A stretch of 64,000 nt of DNA from Vicugna vicugna (Eukaryota). Below the pieces are notes generated by a model that did not search any database, was not told the DNA's origin, and was given only the letters and a program-made list of their open reading frames with translations. The stretch is from positions 5,622,716 through 5,686,715 of the forward strand of contig MU058337.1 in assembly GCA_013265495.1 (NCBI GenBank), in the 5' to 3' direction. Position 1 is the stretch's first letter; the number at the start of each line of letters is the position of its first letter. The position numbers were made by a program, and so were the translations under genes. Below, one piece after another: positions 63,640 through 64,000 of the stretch.

Positions 63640-63760
63640 TGTAGAAGGTGTTACTATTTTTCCCATTTTGCACAAGGAAGCAGATTCTGGAAGTTGAAGC
63701 AATTTTCCCAGAGTCACACAGCTAATAGAATCCATGTTACTCTTGTTATTCAAAGGGACG
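63640..63760 (-). mobile_element. MIR SINE fragment
   Basis: 'cccattttgcacaaggaagcagattctggaagttgaagcaattttcccagagtcacacagctaat'. Confidence 0.7.
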
Positions 63761-64000
63761 TAATCAGAAATGGGCTATTCGGATGGTAATATCCTTTTCG
63801 TTAACTTCACTCCCTCTATGATGTTCAACACATGTCTGGGGGTGAATATCATGAATAAAGAGGGGGAGGGGTATAATTTTACAAATCCCCCACTTAACCT
63901 CATGAGTCCTTTCATAACTGCCGTCATACATCCAATACTTTTGCTCTCCAAAATCTGAAACTAAGGAGCTTGACTGGGGTTTGTCTCCCCAAGTTGCCTA

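Noticed and set aside
1..64000. The many 60-160 aa ORFs in the supplied track as genes
   Set aside because: Most start at non-ATG codons or lie in repeats, and I recognise no domain or coherent exon chain. Only L1 ORF2 remnants (42630-42881, 56223-56540) are recognisable, and they are decayed.
1..64000. Prokaryote-style systems (CRISPR arrays, operons, defence islands), tRNA or rRNA genes
   Set aside because: The sequence is mammalian and repeat-rich; I saw no regularly spaced repeat-spacer array, cloverleaf or rRNA similarity.

Overview
This is non-coding placental-mammal genomic DNA. No Alu, B1/B2, Bov-tA/BovB, PRE-1 or Can-SINE was seen, and the young L1 3' ends resemble those I recall from camelid genomes, so camelid origin is an inference only. 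I found no intact protein-coding exon; the only ORFs with recognisable protein similarity are decayed LINE-1 ORF2 pieces. Much of the window is interspersed repeat: old and young L1, L2, MIR, many MLT1 and ERV solo LTRs, and hAT/Tigger DNA-transposon relics, several of them nested and with readable target-site duplications (TSDs). The unique-sequence highlights are: an orphan CpG island at ~59.0-59.4 kb with YY1, NRF1 and GC-box motifs and flanking splice signals; several repeat-free, homeobox-motif-rich enhancer-like blocks; a 30-nt tailless U6 retrocopy with a perfect TSD; an internally deleted L1 (5'UTR fused to the 3' part of ORF2); and an unexplained ~325-bp insert in an LTR. I see no evidence for a new multi-gene system. 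Repeat family names come from recalled consensus sequences, not a database search, and repeat boundaries are approximate unless a TSD is quoted.
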